From Pseudomonadota bacterium (GTDB lineage: Bacteria > Bdellovibrionota_B > Oligoflexia > Oligoflexales > CAIYRB01), in NCBI GenBank assembly GCA_031416315.1, contig JANOTL010000067.1, positions 1-58,104 on the forward strand: 58,104 nt of DNA, read 5' to 3'. A model generated the notes under the pieces. The model saw nothing but the letters and a program-made list of their open reading frames with translations, did not search any database and had not been told where the DNA came from. The position numbers were made by a program, and so were the translations under genes. Each line of letters begins with the position of its first letter. Positions within the stretch are counted from its first letter, which is position 1. Shown here one piece after another: positions 28,804-38,299 of the stretch.

Positions 28804-29658
28804 TCAAGGTAAACCAAGCTCCGCGAATGGCGCCGTCGCCAGATTCGGGCGCTTGCCCCGGTCGACCTCGTAACGGATCTTCAGCCGGGCCCCCGAGGGC
28901 ACTAATCGCGGGATGAGGATCTCGGTCGCGCCGGGGACGTACTTCCAACCGGAGACCAAGGCTTCCCCGGCTGCGACCTGCAGCGTGTCCCACACGGCGC
29001 CTTCGGGGATCGTGACGCGGAAGTGCGTGGCGTCGCTGCCGTAAGCGAGGAGCTGGTCGAAAAAGTAGGCGTAGGTGGCGCCGCAGGCAGAGACTTGCAA
29101 GGCGCCGGCTGCCAATGTGCGCCCATCGCACTCGGGATGCTCCGCGTCCCCCATGAAGCCGAGTCGCACAATGCTGAGCTCGGCACCGTCCCGCACGGCG
29201 TCACCACGCGCCAGGACGGCCGCGAGTGCCGTCTCGACATCGAGCGCCGGCGCCCCCGCCAAGCCCCCGACGATCCGCTCGCTCAGATCCGGCCGCTGCG
29301 CGCTCAAGGTCGGCGCCCCGAGGTCCGCGCCGACGATCGTCAGCCGGTAGTCGACCTCGGTGTAACGCAGCCGTGCGTTCAGGGTCGGCGCCGCCAGCGC
29401 CAGCTTTTCCCGGTCTGCGCCGGGACCGACGATCATCACGATGTCGAGACGAGCGGGCGCCGTGTATTCGGCGATCGTCTCGAAGCTGCGGTTCTTGAGC
29501 GTCGTCTGGATCATCTCGGCGTTCGCGGACGCGCCCTCGCGGTCGTCGCCGCCGGCCGCTTCCTGCTTCACCTTGTCGACCGCCTTTTCCGTCTCGCCGC
29601 ACGCCGCCACTAAAGTCGCGAGCGCGAGAAGCACCGCATGTCTCACTTGCTCGCGCAT
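28804..29658 (-). CDS. Hypothetical lipoprotein (degenerate vWA-like region)
   Basis: LVAAC lipobox; RLDIVMIV..VDYRLTIV pattern; overlaps the upstream stop. Confidence 0.6.
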   Translation of the reverse strand: MREQVRHAVLLALATLVAACGETEKAVDKVKQEAAGGDDREGASANAEMIQTTLKNRSFETIAEYTAPARLDIVMIVGPGADREKLALAAPTLNARLRYTEVDYRLTIVGADLGAPTLSAQRPDLSERIVGGLAGAPALDVETALAAVLARGDAVRDGAELSIVRLGFMGDAEHPECDGRTLAAGALQVSACGATYAYFFDQLLAYGSDATHFRVTIPEGAVWDTLQVAAGEALVSGWKYVPGATEILIPRLVPSGARLKIRYEVDRGKRPNLATAPFAELGLP

Positions 29659-30899
29659 CGATAGGACTCCGAAAGAAGGAAGCCGCGGAATGCCGCCGAC
29701 AGCGATTCGCCGCCTACCGTAAAGCTCGCGGCGATCGAGGTCTTCATGTTCGCGTCGGCAGGGACGCCCCCGAGATGGCGAGGCACCTGCACGCCCAGCG
29801 CTTCGGCGTAAGTCGGCGCGGTGGCCGAAAGCCGCGCAAAGCCCGCCTGCCCGAGGAACCGTTCGGGCAGGCGCGTGTCGTCGACCGACCAGCACGAGTG
29901 CCGCTCCGCAAGGATCGCTTGCAGATGCGCGACCGGCGTCGCATCGCGCTCCTCCGCGGTGAGCGCTTCGAGCGTCGCCGCATTTAGAATCTCGCCCTGC
30001 GGACCGAAGGCGCGGAACGCCACCGAGAGCGGGCCGTGCAACCGCGCATGACACGATGCGCAATTCGGTCCCTGCAGCGGCACCGCCGCCGTGCCGTAGG
30101 CGATGCCGTCGGCATTCACCCGCGCATCCGTCGCCGGCACGCAAGAGTCGAGCGGCACGCCCGGGCCCTCGCCCGCGGCCGCATGCACCGCCGGCGCCAT
30201 CTCGACGCCGCGCATCGCATAGAGCGCGGCGCCGACGCGATGGTAGTTGTTGTTCTGCTTGTAGAAGGCCTGCGGATTCGCCTCCGGCGACGTGGCGCGG
30301 AGCACGCTGATCATCCCGAAGAAGCCGGCGCGCTCCGGCGGCAAGACGCAGCTGGTGTACCCGTCGCCGTCGCGAGCCGCCAGCGCCTCGGGGCTCAGGG
30401 CGATGCCGTAGAGGGCCGCGGTACGCTCCGAGCAGTAGATCTCGCTCGTGCCGAAGAGCGAGGCCCAACGTTGCTCGCTCGCGCGCTGCGCGAGGACGAC
30501 GGGCTCGAGCGAAAGCTCCGGGTCTTCCGCCTTCAGCGCGTCGAGGCCGAAGAGCCCGGTCACGAACTTCGCCACGCCGACGCCGGCCTCGGGGGAGGCG
30601 AGGGCCTCCTCGACGAACTTCGAGCGCCGAAAGCCGCTCGAGGCGGTCCGCGCCGTTTCGACGTCGTTCGGCTCTCTTCCGAAGAGGTCGCGGGTGACCG
30701 CGGTCACGAACTCCAGCGGAGACTTCTCGCGCGCGCAGCTCGTGTGGACGATGGATAGGCCGTCGCCTGGAAACAGGCTGGCCGCCGCCTCGGTTTGGCT
30801 CGACTCGGCGGTGGTTCCCGGGCCTTTGGCACCGGCCGCCGCACCGCAGCCCAAAAGGCCGAGCGCGCCGGTGGCGACGAGAAGTCTGCTGCAGTTCAC
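29643..30899 (-). CDS. Lipoprotein with CxxCH, DUF1588/DUF1585-like (myxobacterial/planctomycete cytochrome type)
   Basis: LLGC lipobox; RDLFGREP; CASCHARLHGPLSVAFRAF; GGAGG SD before GTG 30899. Confidence 0.7.
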   Translation of the reverse strand: MNCSRLLVATGALGLLGCGAAAGAKGPGTTAESSQTEAAASLFPGDGLSIVHTSCAREKSPLEFVTAVTRDLFGREPNDVETARTASSGFRRSKFVEEALASPEAGVGVAKFVTGLFGLDALKAEDPELSLEPVVLAQRASEQRWASLFGTSEIYCSERTAALYGIALSPEALAARDGDGYTSCVLPPERAGFFGMISVLRATSPEANPQAFYKQNNNYHRVGAALYAMRGVEMAPAVHAAAGEGPGVPLDSCVPATDARVNADGIAYGTAAVPLQGPNCASCHARLHGPLSVAFRAFGPQGEILNAATLEALTAEERDATPVAHLQAILAERHSCWSVDDTRLPERFLGQAGFARLSATAPTYAEALGVQVPRHLGGVPADANMKTSIAASFTVGGESLSAAFRGFLLSESYRCASK

Positions 30900-31022
30900 G
30901 AGCTTCCTCCAGTGCCGGATCCCAAGCGGGATCAGCGGCGCAGAGGTCACGTTCGGTCGGCGGGACGGGGCCTTGACCGAGCCTGGAAAAGCCAGACGTC
31001 GGAAGGTCTTACGCCAGTCAAT

Positions 31023-31559
31023 TCACCGGCACCGGCGCTGCCACTCGTCGACGATCCGGGCCGCGCGCGTCTTGCACGCCTCGCAGCTCGGGATCATCGC
31101 CTGACAGCACATGATGACCGGCGGCTGCTTGTCGCAGGAGACTTCGTCGAGCTCGCCCTGGCACTTCGTCTTCCAATCCATCAGCGCGTTCATGGCCCGC
31201 GCGCGACAGTCCGCGTCGTCGGCGTTGCAGCTGGCGACGGGCGGATTGCCTTTGCAGTCCTTGTCGACGTCGACGGGCTTCACGCATTTGGCGCGCCACG
31301 CGTCGAGCTCTTGATCGGCTTTGGCGCGGCATTCGTTGCAGCTGGGGGTGATCGCCTCGCAGCAGATGGCGGGGGCGGGGGGCGCGGCGCAGGGGTCTTT
31401 CGCCACCGGAGCCGCCGTTGGCTTCAGATCGGCGCCGGCTTCGTCCGCCGTGGGGGCGGCGGCGAGGACGGCTTCATCGTCTTCCTTATCCGACGACTTG
31501 CAGGAAACCGAAGCGAGCGCGAGGCCTAACATCAAGATCGCCAGGCCCATGTTCCGCAT
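31023..31559 (-). CDS. Cysteine-rich lipoprotein with three internal repeats
   Basis: SVSC lipobox; repeats of C..PP..CCxAxxPSCxxC..W...C. Confidence 0.8.
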   Translation of the reverse strand: MRNMGLAILMLGLALASVSCKSSDKEDDEAVLAAAPTADEAGADLKPTAAPVAKDPCAAPPAPAICCEAITPSCNECRAKADQELDAWRAKCVKPVDVDKDCKGNPPVASCNADDADCRARAMNALMDWKTKCQGELDEVSCDKQPPVIMCCQAMIPSCEACKTRAARIVDEWQRRCR

Positions 31560-31958
31560 CTAAAGCTCCGATCGATGCTCGTCCGAAAGCAGCCCGGCAT
31601 CCCGGCAGCTCTCCTGAAGATCGCCCTCGGCTTCGCGTAGAAAAAGGCCGCAGCGAAAGAGATTCTCGATTCCTAGGTGCATATTACAGTACGCGAGCTC
31701 GACGCGGTACCGCTTGTTACCGATGGTCAGCCAGTAAAAGCCGCCGGTTTTCAAGTTTTCCCGCGCCAGGAAGCCGAGCCCGCGCCGCGACACGTCGATC
31801 GGGCGGATCGCGATCTTCTTGCCTTCGTTGTCGCTCGGGACGAGGCGGCAGTTGAACTCGCCGGAAAACCGCGTATCGCGGTCCTCGGTCCTCCGGGACG
31901 CGGCGTTGGCAGCGCTGGAAACATTGGCGGGGTCGATCTTGAGCTTGGGTGCGGCCAT
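31560..31958 (-). CDS. PilZ domain (c-di-GMP receptor) protein
   Basis: RTEDR (RxxxR) and DVSRRG (DxSxxG). Confidence 0.75.
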   Translation of the reverse strand: MAAPKLKIDPANVSSAANAASRRTEDRDTRFSGEFNCRLVPSDNEGKKIAIRPIDVSRRGLGFLARENLKTGGFYWLTIGNKRYRVELAYCNMHLGIENLFRCGLFLREAEGDLQESCRDAGLLSDEHRSEL

Positions 31959-32007
31959 GATTCGTCGCTTTGGCTGAAGGGGGGATCGTCCGGCGTTCTC
32001 CCCCAAT

Positions 32008-32034
32008 TGTTCGGGTGTTTTTGCCAAGACTTTA
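32008..32034 (-). promoter_or_regulatory. FliA (sigma28)-like promoter
   Basis: Minus strand TAAAG-N14-CCCGAACA upstream of the PilZ gene. Confidence 0.5.
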
Positions 32035-32142
32035 GAAAACTCCGAATCTTCCGCCGTCAGGGATTCGAAAGTCCACGGCCAGTTCTAGGAAGTGCTTAAT
32101 TTTAAAAGAGAAATAGGACTCGAAGGTCTCCGTTTCTCCGAC

Positions 32143-32208
32143 CCTCCGTTCCTCCGTGGTCGTGCCTTTCGGCCGGCAGGCTTCATGCGGACCACGGAGG
32201 AGCGGAGG
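32143..32208. other. Long intergenic hairpin (19-bp stem, 28-nt structured loop)
   Basis: CCTCCGTTCCTCCGTGGTC...GACCACGGAGGAGCGGAGG just past the hldE stop. Confidence 0.6.
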
Positions 32209-32218
32209 AGCACGCTTT

Positions 32219-33724
32219 TTAGCCCCGCCGGATCCTCTCCGCGATCTCACTCGTCGAAAGCCCCGGCGGATAAGGGATCGTCTCGACCCTCCCCCCCGCC
32301 GCTTTCACGACATCTGTCCCGACGATGTACCCCTTAGCCCCCGGCGCCGCGTTCTTGTCCCAATCAGCGCCCTTAACGAGCACGTCGGGGACGAGCGCCT
32401 TCACGATCTCGAATGGCGTTTCCTCACTGAAAGGGACGACGTAGTCCACGCAGCCGAGCGACCCCAAAACGCGCATCCGATCCGCAAGTGTGCTGAACGG
32501 CCGCGTCGGGCCCTTGATCGCCTTGATCGACTCGTCGGAGTTCACGCCGACGACGAGCATGGCGCCGAGGGAGCGGGCCTCTTCGAGATAGGCGATGTGG
32601 CCGGCGTGCAGGATGTCGAAGCAGCCGTTGGTGAACACGACCTTTTGGCCGCGGGTGGTCGGCTCCTTGAGAAGAATCCGCAGGGTCTCGCGGTCGATGA
32701 TCTTGCCCTTGGTGGAGTACGTCGACTTGCGCGGGTCCGGCCGCTCGCGCAGCGCAAGCTCGAGCTCGTTCAAACGCACCGGCTGCGTGCCCCACTTCTG
32801 CACGACGAGCGCCGCGGCCGTGTTGGCGATGTGCATCGCCTCCGCCATCGGCGCCGAAGACCCCAGGCACAAGGTCATGATCGAGACGACGGTGTCGCCC
32901 GCACCGGAGACGTCGTAGACCTCGCGCGCCACGGCCGGCAGCTCGATCGCGGCCTGCTGGCTGGAGTCGGCGCCGGGCGCAGGCACCAGGACCATCCCTT
33001 TCGCGCCCATCGTCACCAGCACGTTTTTCAGGCCGAAGGTGCGCTGCAGCCGCCGACCGAGCTCCTCGCCCGAATGATCGGCCGCGGGATCGAGGCCCAA
33101 TGCGTCGCAAGCTTCCTTACGGTTCGGCGTGATCAAAGTCGCGCGCAGATACTTGCTGAAATCGCGGCCCTTCGGGTCGACGACCGCAGGGACGCCGCGC
33201 GAGGTCGCGAGCTCGAGCGCGTTGCTCAGAAGATTGTGGGTGAGAGTGCCCTTGCCGTAGTCGCTGATCAGCAAGGCGTCGAACTCGAGCGCGCGCAGGT
33301 TGGCCAGGAGTTTCTCCTGCGCTTCTTGCGTGATCGGATGGATGCGCTCCCAGTCGACGCGAACCAGCTGATGGCTCGCGGAAGTGATGCGCGTCTTGCG
33401 CACCGTCGGGCGGTCGTGGACGGTGACCATCGAGCCGATCTCGATCGCGTCCTTCTTCAGCAGCTCGCACAGGCGGCGGCCAGCCTCGTCGTCGCTCAAG
33501 ACGCTGAGAAGGTGCACCTCACCGCCCGCGAGCTTGACGTTGCGAGCCGCGTTGGCGGCACCGCCGGCGCCGTGGATCGTGTTGGTCACGAGGTGTACGG
33601 GCACCGGCGCCTCGGGCGAGATCCGGTTCACCTGGCCGTCAAGATACTCGTCGAGGATCACGTCGCCGAGGACGGCGATCCGTACGGGTTTCTTCTTTTT
33701 GAGCCAGGGGATCTGCGGTGTCAT
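32219..33724 (-). CDS. hldE: Bifunctional heptose-7-phosphate kinase / heptose-1-phosphate adenylyltransferase
   Basis: RISPEAPVPV, DVSGAGDTV, FTNGCFDILHAGH. Confidence 0.97.
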   Translation of the reverse strand: MTPQIPWLKKKKPVRIAVLGDVILDEYLDGQVNRISPEAPVPVHLVTNTIHGAGGAANAARNVKLAGGEVHLLSVLSDDEAGRRLCELLKKDAIEIGSMVTVHDRPTVRKTRITSASHQLVRVDWERIHPITQEAQEKLLANLRALEFDALLISDYGKGTLTHNLLSNALELATSRGVPAVVDPKGRDFSKYLRATLITPNRKEACDALGLDPAADHSGEELGRRLQRTFGLKNVLVTMGAKGMVLVPAPGADSSQQAAIELPAVAREVYDVSGAGDTVVSIMTLCLGSSAPMAEAMHIANTAAALVVQKWGTQPVRLNELELALRERPDPRKSTYSTKGKIIDRETLRILLKEPTTRGQKVVFTNGCFDILHAGHIAYLEEARSLGAMLVVGVNSDESIKAIKGPTRPFSTLADRMRVLGSLGCVDYVVPFSEETPFEIVKALVPDVLVKGADWDKNAAPGAKGYIVGTDVVKAAGGRVETIPYPPGLSTSEIAERIRRG

Positions 33725-34076
33725 GAGGGCCTCTTTCCATCAGAACGGGGCGTTCAGCGAGATTCCGGACTCCATCCCTGTAAAGTTCTCGCCTTTCTGC
33801 GTCAAGGTCGCAAACCGTCGCCTTGACGTGCTTCTTGATCTTCGCCGCGGCCTTCTCGACCCCCGCGACCAGGATGTCGAGGCGTCCGCGCACGACGCGC
33901 TGCTCCCTCACTGCCTTCGCTCCGGCGCGATCGTCGGGCTCGTCCTTCTCCGCGCCGCCACCGTCCTCGTCTCGGTACGAGACCGATTCCTCCATCTGAT
34001 TGCCGCCGCGACTCGCGCAGGCTCCGATCAAAGGAAGGAACGCCAACGCCACGGTCAGCGTCAATTTCAAGCGCAC
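33639..34076 (-). CDS. Putative small lipoprotein (3' end overlaps hldE by 86 nt)
   Basis: IGAC lipobox, strong AGGAG SD, TATAGT upstream; C-terminus dubious. Confidence 0.45.
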   Translation of the reverse strand: MRLKLTLTVALAFLPLIGACASRGGNQMEESVSYRDEDGGGAEKDEPDDRAGAKAVREQRVVRGRLDILVAGVEKAAAKIKKHVKATVCDLDAERRELYRDGVRNLAERPVLMERGPHDTADPLAQKEETRTDRRPRRRDPRRVS

Positions 34077-34288
34077 GACTCTCTCTCCTCATCGATTTCT
34101 CGAACTATAAGCCATCGTCACAATTAGGCAAATCGCTCCCCTTCCGTGCTGCGGGATGTTGGTCGATTGGCGGCGGGCCGCCAAGGGCTTGACGAGGGAG
34201 ATGGCGAGAACGTCGGTTTCTTGGCGCCGTGCACGATGCGCCGGGCGCAATCCACTGATCCTACGCAGCGATCGCCTATAGGCAAGCG

Positions 34289-34304
34289 TGGCACGGTACT
34301 TGCT
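34289..34304 (+). promoter_or_regulatory. Sigma54 promoter of the flagellar operon
   Basis: TGGCACGGTACTTGCT, near-perfect consensus. Confidence 0.85.
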
Positions 34305-34362
34305 TCATAGCACTTACACCTCGCCTCTCTTCTTCCAATCCCCACTCCCCGGAACAGTCTGC

Positions 34363-36726
34363 ATGGGCCTCCTGCGTCCTGCGCTCAAGACCTTCGCGTT
34401 CACGCTCGCGCTCGGCGCGATCGGCATCGCCGGCGTTGCCGCGGCTGCCGGCGTGTACGCGCAGATCGTCTTGCCGTTTCCGAGCGAGCGCAAAGTCGAG
34501 ACGACCTACGTGAAAGGCGAGAACGCGCTCGTCATCGAGTTCGCGAAGACCTCGCCGAGCGAGCTGCCGGCGCTCGACCAATACGACGAGCGCCTGATCA
34601 AGCGCGTCATCGTGAAGGATCACGGACCCGTCGGCACCGAGATCAAGCTCGTGCTGCGCGACCGCGGCGTGCGCGCGATCGTGAACCAGTTCACCGAGCC
34701 GTTCCGCGTGACCGTCGACATCTTCGACGCCGCGTTCAAAGAAGAGCGCGACCCGGTCACCGGCTTGCCGGTCACCGGCTTGCCGCTCACCGGCGCCCCG
34801 AGCCCCACCGCCGAAGGCCCCGCATCGGCCGGCAAGCTGCTCGCCGCCAGTCCCGATTCCACTGAATCCCCCGCCGCCGGCGGCTCCGACCCCGAGACCG
34901 ACGCCGGCAAGCTCAAGCTCCTGAACCCTTCTCCCAAGCTCCTCGACACCCCCGAAGACGTTACGTCGGCGATGAAAGACGTCGCCGACGGCGTCGGCAA
35001 AGCCTGGAAGACCTTCCCGCCCTACGTCTTCCGCTTGCAGACGGCGAGCCACGAGGAAAGCCAGGCCCCGCGCAAAGGCAAGACCGTCTTGCCCTCCGCC
35101 GCCGCCGCACTGAGCTCGACCCGCGCCATGGCCGACTACGCCGGCAAGCTCTTCAACCTCGGCCACGAAGGCCGCGCTCTCGTCGCCTACCAGCAAGTGC
35201 TTCACAAAGAGCCGACCCTCTTCGACGCCGACGCGCTCCATCTCTGGAAGTTCTCCGAAGTGCACCTCGGCCAAGGCAACCTGACGCTGGCCCGCGGCTA
35301 CTACGAAGCCTTGGTCGAGAAGCATCCCGAAAGCCCGCTCGCCAGCTTCGCCCGCCTGCGCATCCTCGACGTCGCCGCGATCCGCCTCTTGCAACAAGAC
35401 CGCTACGCCGAGCTGCCGAGCCTCGTCACGCACCTCGACGCCGTGCAGGGCAAGCGCCCGAAGACGATCGGCGAGCTCAGCGCGCAGATCGGCCTGCGCC
35501 GCGCCTATTGGGACAAGACCGGCCAAACGCAGGCGCACGAGCCGACCGCGCTCCCTAAGATCCAGGTCAGCGTTCGCCAGGATCTCGCCGCCGCCTATCC
35601 CGGCGCCGAGAACTCGCGCACCGCGCTGATGACCGCGAACCTCGTCCTCGCCGACATGCTGAAGCCCGAGACCCCGTGGCAGCGCTCCACCGGCGAGTTC
35701 GCCGACGCCTACTTCAAGCGCTTCTCCGGCGCGCCGACCGAGCCCTGGCGCTCGCAGCTGAAGAACCAGCTGTCCCAAAAGCTAAACGCTGCGCTGCAGG
35801 CGAAGGTCACCGGCGGCAAGCTCATCGAGGCCATCGACGACTACGAGGCGATCCCCACGAGCCTCAAGTCCCTGAGCAAGTCGAGCGACACCGCCTGGGC
35901 CCTCGCCGAGGCCTATCGCCAGCTCGGCCAGCCGGAAAAGGCCGTCGACCTGTACGTGCAGGCGACGAAGACCGACAAGGACGGCCCCGAGCGCTTCAAG
36001 GCCGAGTTCTGGCTCGCCGTCACCGCCGGCGACCTCAGCGCGGCGCAGCGCAAGACCAACCCGACACGCGCCGAGGCGCTCTCCAAGCTCGCCCGCGACG
36101 CGGACAAGAAGATGGGCGCCACCTGGACGCGTCTCAAGCCGGAAGAGCAGGCGCAACTCGCCATCGCCTACAAAGAGCCCTTCGAGAAGACCGTCACCGC
36201 GCCTGCCAAGCTCTCGACCCCGCCGAAGCTCGTCCTCGGCAGCTGGACGCGCGCCCTTTCGACGAAATCGAGCACGCAGAACGGCGGCGAGAAGACGGAC
36301 TGGGAGCGCAGCTTCAGCCCCTCCGGCTCAGCCGTGATTCTGATGTCGGACTTGGGCGCCCGCTTCGCCGAGCTCGGCTTGGCAAAGGAGCGCCGGGAAG
36401 CCGTCGCCCTCCTGAAGACAATGAAGCCGAAAGACTTCGAGGACGACAAAGCCGCGAAGGAGATCTGGACGAAGCAGCTCCTGAAGCTCGCCGAGGATTT
36501 CCGCAGCGCCGGGGACTTCCTCGAGGCCGGCCGCTTGTACTCGCTCGTCGGCGACGGCAGCGACAACGGCGAAGGCCGCGCCGAGGCCCTCTACAAGGGC
36601 GGACTCCTGCTTTACCGCGCCGGTCGCCGCTCGGAAGCGGTCGACGCGTTCAAGAAGTCGTCGGAAGACGGCAACAACCTTTTCTACGCGAACCTGGCCA
36701 AGGAACGCCTGGCCCAGCTGCAATGA
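34363..36726 (+). CDS. Exported TPR-repeat protein heading the flagellar operon
   Basis: Signal peptide; beta N-domain; TPR helices (ALAEAYRQLGQPEKAVDLY, AEALYKGG). Confidence 0.8.
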   Translation: MGLLRPALKTFAFTLALGAIGIAGVAAAAGVYAQIVLPFPSERKVETTYVKGENALVIEFAKTSPSELPALDQYDERLIKRVIVKDHGPVGTEIKLVLRDRGVRAIVNQFTEPFRVTVDIFDAAFKEERDPVTGLPVTGLPLTGAPSPTAEGPASAGKLLAASPDSTESPAAGGSDPETDAGKLKLLNPSPKLLDTPEDVTSAMKDVADGVGKAWKTFPPYVFRLQTASHEESQAPRKGKTVLPSAAAALSSTRAMADYAGKLFNLGHEGRALVAYQQVLHKEPTLFDADALHLWKFSEVHLGQGNLTLARGYYEALVEKHPESPLASFARLRILDVAAIRLLQQDRYAELPSLVTHLDAVQGKRPKTIGELSAQIGLRRAYWDKTGQTQAHEPTALPKIQVSVRQDLAAAYPGAENSRTALMTANLVLADMLKPETPWQRSTGEFADAYFKRFSGAPTEPWRSQLKNQLSQKLNAALQAKVTGGKLIEAIDDYEAIPTSLKSLSKSSDTAWALAEAYRQLGQPEKAVDLYVQATKTDKDGPERFKAEFWLAVTAGDLSAAQRKTNPTRAEALSKLARDADKKMGATWTRLKPEEQAQLAIAYKEPFEKTVTAPAKLSTPPKLVLGSWTRALSTKSSTQNGGEKTDWERSFSPSGSAVILMSDLGARFAELGLAKERREAVALLKTMKPKDFEDDKAAKEIWTKQLLKLAEDFRSAGDFLEAGRLYSLVGDGSDNGEGRAEALYKGGLLLYRAGRRSEAVDAFKKSSEDGNNLFYANLAKERLAQLQ

Positions 36727-36737
36727 CCCGTACGCCC

Positions 36738-36763
36738 TGAAACGTCAGCCTTGAAACGTCAGC
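36738..36763 (+). repeat. 12-bp direct repeat TGAAACGTCAGC x2 (14-bp period)
   Basis: Intergenic, before the bEBP gene. Confidence 0.7.
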
Positions 36764-36785
36764 GCCATACACTTGGGAGAGGATC

Positions 36786-37877
36786 ATGACGAAGACCATC
36801 GCCGGCACCAACTCCACCGCGGAAGGACTCGACCACCGCCCGAGCGGGCCGTCGCCGTCGGATTACCTCGATTACCTCGATCAAAAGGCGGATCAAGCGG
36901 CCGACGTGCCCTTCATCGTCTCCGACGACAAAATGCAGCGGGTCAAGGACATCATCGACCAGATCAAGACGGCGATCGTCCCCGTTCTGATCACCGGCGA
37001 GTCCGGCACGGGCAAAGAGGTGATCGCCCGCGCGATCCACAAGAGCTCGACGCGCGCCAACGGCCCCTTCGTGGCCGTCAACTGCGCCGCGCTCCCCTCG
37101 GCCCTCCTCGAGAGCGAGCTGTTCGGCCACGAGAAGGGCGCGTTCACCGGCGCGGTCAGCCGTCACGTCGGCAAGTTCGAGCTCGCCGACAACGGCACGC
37201 TCCTCCTCGACGAGGTCACCGAGATCGACCCGAGCCTGCAGGCGAAGCTCCTGCGCGCGCTGCAAGAGAAAGAAATCGAGCGCGTCGGCGGCGACGGCCC
37301 GATCAAGGTGAAGACTCGCATTATCGCGACCACCAACCGCGACATCATGGCGGCCGTGGCCTCCGGCCAGTTCCGCCAGGACCTCTACTACCGCCTCAAC
37401 GTCATCCAGCTCGACGTGCCGACGCTTCGCGACCGCGCCAAGGACGTCGAGCCCCTGGCGATGCACTTCCTCCACAAGTACTGCGCGCAATTCGGCAAAG
37501 AGACGATGGAGCTCTCCATCGACGCGAAGGCCAAGCTCGTGAAGCACAGCTGGCCGGGCAACGTCCGCGAGCTCCAGAATGTGATCCAGCGCGCCGTCCT
37601 CCTGACCGCGGGGCGCACGCTCACCGGCATGGACCTCCCGATCGAGTCCGACAAATCCCGCGACGTCATGGACTGGATCGGCCACCTACCGATCGGCCGC
37701 CAGATGCGCGACGTCGAGACGCAGTTCATCCTCGAGACCTTGAAGCATCATCAAGGCAACCGTACGCACGCGGCGCGCACCCTCGGCATCTCGCTGCGCA
37801 CCCTGCGCAACAAGATCAACGAGTTCACCGCCGAGGGCATCGAGGTCATGGGCCCGACAAGCGGGAGAGCCGCATGA
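36786..37877 (+). CDS. Sigma54-dependent enhancer-binding protein (flagellar regulator) without a receiver domain
   Basis: [27 protein letters not shown], Fis-type HTH; only about 40 aa precede the AAA+ domain. Confidence 0.92.
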   Translation: MTKTIAGTNSTAEGLDHRPSGPSPSDYLDYLDQKADQAADVPFIVSDDKMQRVKDIIDQIKTAIVPVLITGESGTGKEVIARAIHKSSTRANGPFVAVNCAALPSALLESELFGHEKGAFTGAVSRHVGKFELADNGTLLLDEVTEIDPSLQAKLLRALQEKEIERVGGDGPIKVKTRIIATTNRDIMAAVASGQFRQDLYYRLNVIQLDVPTLRDRAKDVEPLAMHFLHKYCAQFGKETMELSIDAKAKLVKHSWPGNVRELQNVIQRAVLLTAGRTLTGMDLPIESDKSRDVMDWIGHLPIGRQMRDVETQFILETLKHHQGNRTHAARTLGISLRTLRNKINEFTAEGIEVMGPTSGRAA

Positions 37878-38299
37878 ATCGCCTCGTTGGCGGCCTCTTC
37901 AACTTCGCCGATCGCTTGCAGATGGCCACGATGGACCATCGGCTGAAGCGGTCGGAAGCGATCACGGCGAACATCGCCAACGCCGAGACCCCCGGGTTTC
38001 GCGCGATCGCCTACGATTTCGAGGATGCGCTGGCGGCGCTCGGCAAACTGGACGGCGGCCTCAAGCTCGGCACCGGCGACGCGCGCCACCTTAAGGGCGC
38101 CGGCGCCCGCGCCGACGGCAAGATCGAGCCCGACGTCTACGTGATCCCGACCGAGACGGTTCCCGAAGACGGGAACACGGTCGACATGGACGACCAGATG
38201 GCCAGGATGGCCCAGAACCAGATTCTTTACCGCTCCTCGGTCGAATTGCTCAATCGGAAGATCGGCGTGCTCAAGTACGCCGTGAATGGAGGCAGATAA
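37874..38299 (+). CDS. flgB: Flagellar basal-body rod protein FlgB
   Basis: [23 protein letters not shown] overlap with the bEBP gene. Confidence 0.95.
   Translation: MNRLVGGLFNFADRLQMATMDHRLKRSEAITANIANAETPGFRAIAYDFEDALAALGKLDGGLKLGTGDARHLKGAGARADGKIEPDVYVIPTETVPEDGNTVDMDDQMARMAQNQILYRSSVELLNRKIGVLKYAVNGGR

Noticed and set aside
29659..30468. N-terminal extension of ORF 28804-30468 (likewise 13381-13854, 55985-56257, 36773-37873)
   Set aside because: These overlap real upstream genes in another frame; internal starts with SD, lipobox or coupling fit better
34753..34794. 15-bp tandem repeat (PVTGL PVTGL PLTG) in the TPR gene
   Set aside because: A small in-frame linker duplication with no evident function
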